From Prorocentrum cordatum (lineage: Eukaryota), in assembly GCA_963575745.1 (NCBI GenBank), contig CAUYUJ010000048.1, forward strand, positions 62,001 to 126,000: a stretch of 64,000 bases of DNA. Reading direction: 5' to 3'. The position numbers were made by a program, and so were the translations under genes. Positions 61,378-64,000 of this stretch are shown piece by piece. The notes under the pieces were generated by a model that had not been told where the DNA came from, ran no database searches, and was given only the letters and a program-made list of their open reading frames with translations. The number at the start of each line of letters is the position of its first letter. Position 1 is the stretch's first letter.

Positions 61378-64000
61378 GGAATGACAGCACCATCAGCATC
61401 ACCACAACCATGTCCGAGGGCCACACCATCTTCAACACCATGTCCTCCACGCTCATCAGCAGGCTCGCCCTCGGAGAAGAGGGCAACGCAATCACTATCA
61501 TGAGGACCTCCGCCAGGGTCGTCAGCAGGCTCACCGTCGGAGAGCAGAACGCCAAGGTCACCACCACCTTGGACACCATTGCTGTGCTCATCACCTCCAG
61601 GAGAGGCCACGCTGCTGACTTCGCTGGAGGCCTGCACGTCGGGATCTTCCCGAACCTCCTCCAGCGGCAGCAGGAGGAGGAGGAGGAGGGGCAGCAGGAG
61701 GAGGAGGAGGAGGATACGAAGCTTTGAATGTGTTGACACTTTCTGCGCCATGGAGGCCCCGATAGTCCCCCGCGAAAGTATCACGTTTTTCTTCCTGGGA
61801 CTTCCATGGCAAGATTGGAGGAGAGTTCCAGGGAATTGGAGACCTCTTTGCCTCATCTTGCTCCTCCTGCTCCTCCTCCGCCTCCTCCTCTTCCCCACTC
61901 CTCATACCCATGAGTCCCACCTCGTTTCCCACGGTTCTCGTGGCTCCTGGCTGGCGCTTGTTGCCCCTTGTTGTCCGCCAGGAGTCTGGGCGCATTTGGG
62001 CTGCATTCTGATGTTCTAGTTATATGCGATCAACCAAGGTTGACCTTCCTCACCGGGTGCCCTGAGGGCACCTACGTGGTCAATCTGGTCCGCTCCCGTT
62101 CCTGCGGGCACCGTTGCGGCAGCCGTTTGGGGACCCCCTTACTTCCTTCCATCCGCCAATAGGGAGGGGTCCTGAGAGAAAGGGATCTCAAGTTTTTTGC
62201 TGCTTTCGGCCTCCCTGGGGCCCTGTATGGATCGCCGGGGCAGTCAGGAGACGACTCGGGACGAAGAGCCCACCTTGGGGAAGACCCTGGGGTCAGGAGC
62301 AGGCACGCCCACGAAGAAGGAGACCCGCGGAAGAAACATAAGCGCTCCAGAGCCTTCCCGAACGAGCGTTCCGGAACGCTCTCGGATGGCCCTGGAGCGC
62401 TCTGGAGGAGCCGCGGCGCCCGAGGTGCACGCTCTGGACCCGCTGGTGCCTCAGAGCCTCCCGACCTGCCCCGCCCTGCAGTGCTGTGCCCCTTCTTGCC
62501 TCCGTGCCGTGCTGCCGGGCCCGGTGCCCCCGAGTGCCCCCTCGCCCTCGAGGGCCCCTCCCCAGGTCTGCCTGTCTCCGCCGGCCTCTCCGCGCGGCTG
62601 CCCGCGCGCTGCGTCCCGCGGGCTGTGCCCGAGAGACGCCACGCCCGTGCGGGCCCGCCCGTCGCACGCGGCGTCGCGTGCGCGCCGCCCGCGGAAGCAT
62701 GTCGGTGGGCTGTTCGCTCGCCTCGGCCGCCCCCCAGGCTGCCCCCGCCGCGCCCCGCCCTGCTGCCCCTCGCCCCCCCTTCCCCTCGCCAGGAGCCGAG
62801 AGCTCGAGCAGGGGATCGGCGGCAGAATGGAGGCTCACCCCAGAAAATGGAACCTCTCTCCGAACCCACCGAACAAAAATGTGCAGAGCATGGCCGCCGA
62901 GTCCGAGAAAAGAGGACGCCTGCGTTGCAGACTCGATGAACACTCTAATTGGGGGTTGCATCCATCGGGAGGGAAAAAAATACACAGGCACGATGAATCG
63001 TCGATTCCCCAGAAAACATGCGGAAAATATGGGATTTGGGGGGGAAGACGAAAATCCCCCAAATATTGAATCTTATGAGGGATTCTGACAGTTGTGTGTG
63101 TATTGGAGAGGCCTGACGGCCGGTGCCGCCGACCCTGATCGAAAGGGCTAGGAGCGGGGGGAGGAAGCGGAGGAGGAGCAGTGAGGAGGAGGAGGAGGAG
63201 GAGGAGGGAGGAGGAGGAGAAGGAGGAGGGGGAGGAGGACGGAGGAGGAGGAGGAGAGAGGAGGAGGAGGAGGAGGAGGAGGAGGAGGAGGAGGAGGAGG
63301 AGGAGGAGGAGGAGGAGGAAGAGGAGGAGGAGGAGGAGGAGGAGGAGAGGAGGAGGAGAAGAGGAGGAGGAGGAGGAGGAGGAGGAGGGGAGAAGGAGGA
63401 GGGGGAGGGGGAGGGGGAGGGGAGGGGGAGGAGGAGGAGGAGGAGGGGGAGGAGGAGGAGGAGGAGGAGGAGGAGGAGGAGGAGGAGGGAGGAGGAGGAG
63501 GAGGAGGAGGAGGAGGAGGGGAGGAGGAGGAAGAGGAGGAGGAGGAGGAGGGAGGAGGAGGAGGAGGAGGAGAGGAGGAGGAGGAGGAGGAGGAGGAGGG
63601 GGAGGAGGACGGAGGAGGAGGAGGGGGAGGAGGATGGAGGAGGAGGAGGAGGAGGAGGACGGAGGAGGACGGAGGAGGCGGAGGAGGAGGAGGAGGAGGA
63701 GGAGGAGGAGGAGGAGGGGGAGGAGGAGGACAGTCGACGTCCTGCCCGCGGAGCGGCAGGCTGCGCGCCGCGCACGGCGCGGCGGTGGCCCCCCTGCGCG
63801 GGCGATCGCGGCCTGGAGCACGGCCGGCGTGGCCAGGCTCGGCCAGCCTCGGACGGCCTCGTCGTCCTCGCGCGGAGGGGCACCGATTCAGCGTCGATTC
63901 AGCTTAGGAGGGGCAAAAACACACAGACATAATCAATCGTCGATCCCCAGGAAAATGTCGCCGTTTCTGTCGCCGTGTTTGCCGCCGGTTCCGGCCAGTT

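Noticed and set aside
62827..62940. MEAHP as the next AKR exon (xExHP)
   Set aside because: No AG in the right phase, and the following residues do not resemble the AKR C..GI...AYS.LG segment.

Overview
Eukaryotic, GC-rich, repeat-dense nuclear DNA, most consistent with a dinoflagellate (inference from GT/GC/GA splice donors, every reconstructed internal exon starting with G, spliced-leader relics and MITE-packed introns). Almost all ORFs in the track are microsatellite artefacts. Two real multi-exon genes can be rebuilt by hand on the + strand. (1) An aldo-keto reductase: at least 7 short exons from 8380 to 58557 (180 codons, D/Y/K/H tetrad intact); the C-terminal part was not found in the window. 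(2) A complete ~749-aa signal-peptide coiled-coil protein gene (6 exons, 14758-41239) nested on the same strand inside the 34-kb AKR intron. Six of the eleven introns are closed by inverted repeats at or near the splice sites, including the 34-kb one. One intron is a MITE with two further copies elsewhere in the window (Introner-like). Two introns appear to need a non-canonical GA...CG boundary. Intronic space holds several MITE families (8-bp, 5-bp and TA target duplications), satellite-carrying composite elements, a tyrosine-recombinase relic and an MCM6 C-terminal-like fragment. No rRNA, tRNA or CRISPR array was recognised. All coordinates were counted by hand and some repeat boundaries are approximate.
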